A DNA stretch of 26,003 nucleotides from an uncultured Planctomycetales bacterium. Lineage in GTDB: Bacteria; Planctomycetota; Planctomycetia; Pirellulales; JAEUIK01. The position numbers and the translations under genes are program-made. This document shows positions 25,269 to 26,003 of this stretch, piece by piece (the first letter of the stretch is position 1; every line of letters begins with the position of its first letter). Below the pieces are notes generated by a model. That model was not told the origin of the DNA. It did not search any database and saw only the letters and a list, made by a program, of their open reading frames with translations. The stretch is from NCBI GenBank assembly GCA_938003525.1, contig CALKYM010000058.1, positions 1-26,003 on the forward strand, written 5' to 3'.

Positions 25269-25289
25269 GTCCTTGCCAGGAACCGAACC
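25269..25289 (-). pseudogene. tRNA 3'-end fragment (T arm plus acceptor 3' strand), a near-copy of the 3' end of the tRNA at 25378..25450.
   Basis: Minus-strand GGTTCGGTTCCTGGCAAGGAC versus GGTTCGATTCCTGGCAAGGAC in the intact tRNA, which is 20 of 21 identical. A58 is replaced by G, the T stem would be mispaired, and there is no matching 5' acceptor, D arm or anticodon arm upstream. Confidence 0.35.
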
Positions 25290-25377
25290 AGCAACCGAGC
25301 ACGGCCGCCTCGAATGGCAGCCGTGCGCAGGGCGGTAGCGATTGCACAGGCGGCACTCTCGAGCGCGTGCTGCAAAA

Positions 25378-25450
25378 TGTCCTTGCCAGGAATCGAACCT
25401 GATCTTCGACCTTCGCAAAGTCGCGTGCGAATCCGGCACACTCCAAGGAC
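25378..25450 (-). tRNA. tRNA, Arg-like by anticodon (GCG as read). A canonical 73-nt cloverleaf with no encoded CCA.
   Basis: Minus strand: GTCCTTG / GA / GTGT-GCCGGATTC-GCAC / G / CGACT-TTGCGAA-GGTCG / AAGA / TCAGG-TTCGATT-CCTGG / CAAGGAC / C. Perfect 7-bp acceptor stem, and TTCGATT is a textbook T loop. The anticodon loop gives U33 and anticodon GCG, which is unusual for bacteria. Confidence 0.6.
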
Positions 25451-25531
25451 AATCTACCGAGCACAATCAACCGAGCACGCTTGCCAGATGGCAAGCGTGC
25501 GCCAGGCGATAGCCCTGTGTAGCTTCGGTAG

Positions 25532-25603
25532 CAGCCCGCCGAGGAATCGAACCCCGTCTTGCAGATCCGAAGTCTGCCGTGCGGTCCAGCACACTCGCAG
25601 GCC
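25532..25603 (-). tRNA. tRNA, Arg-like by anticodon (UCG as read). Its backbone is closely related to the tRNA at 25378..25450.
   Basis: Minus strand: GGCCTGC / GA / GTGT-GCTGGACC-GCAC / G / GCAGA-CTTCGGA-TCTGC / AAGA / CGGGG-TTCGATT-CCTCG / GCGGGCT / G. The acceptor stem has 5 Watson-Crick pairs plus 2 G-U pairs. It shares the GA-GTGT...GCAC-G...AAGA...TTCGATTCCT skeleton with the neighbouring tRNA. Confidence 0.55.
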
Positions 25604-26003
25604 GTGTTGTAGTGGAGCTCGCTGAAGAGCGATACGCCTCAGCTTCTTCTATTGGCAACTCGACTATCGCGTTCTGCCTCTCTCCTCCCTCATCGGTCGG
25701 TGGCAGAACTTGATAGAGCCGACGACTGGATTCGCACCAGCATGATCCGCTTTACGAGAGCGGCGCCTTTCTCACTCGAGCCACGTCGGCAAATGACTTA
25801 TCGGTGCAGCGTTGTGGCCGGTCCAAGTCTGAATTGGTTCGCGCCAAGTCGGTTTGACTCAGGGTGCCACTGGCTGCTCACCAGCCAGTGAGGAGCTTCG
25901 GCAACTCACGTGGCCAGCAATTCTTGAATCGCAGCCCGTGGCACCTTCAGTTCAAACTTGAGCCAACAAGAAACTCAGCACTATCGCACAAGCAGGAGTG
26001 CCA

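Noticed and set aside
25255-25610. Recurring GGAAYCGAACC motifs as a possible CRISPR array or REP element
   Set aside because: These are the T-arm sequences of adjacent tRNA genes (reverse complement of GGTTCGATTCC). Spacing and flanks are irregular and no repeat-spacer periodicity exists.

Overview
GC-rich bacterial window that looks Planctomycetota-like: it carries a DUF1501 gene and many Tat-exported redox proteins. The first ~15 kb is one co-directional operon-like block on the + strand, with 0-150 bp gaps and two ATGA start/stop overlaps. In order it encodes a GltD/NfnB-like flavoprotein with a 2x[4Fe-4S] tail, a Rieske protein, a long cytochrome b, and a membrane-anchored decahaem cytochrome c. 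These are followed by a Tat-exported bis-MGD molybdoenzyme, two Tat-exported NapG-like polyferredoxins and a NapH-like membrane FeS protein with a large C-terminal extension. The last gene of the block is a YHS/TRASH-CcoG(FixG)-like membrane polyferredoxin. A Rieske/cyt b complex joined in one block to a periplasmic Nap-like molybdoenzyme module and a cytoplasmic NAD(P)H-flavoprotein is the most interesting system here and, as far as I can tell, is not a described complex. Downstream are a DUF1501 protein, a secreted PHP-domain protein (- strand), a JmjC/cupin-like protein, a DUF1330 protein, two tandem CBS-pair proteins and an SPFH/band-7 protein (- strand). The window ends in a cluster of tRNA-like genes on the - strand with unusual anticodons, one with a mismatched acceptor stem, plus a tRNA 3'-end fragment. 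Positions 1-696 and 15448-16048 have no convincing genes. Family assignments are from motif recognition by eye, and no database search was run.
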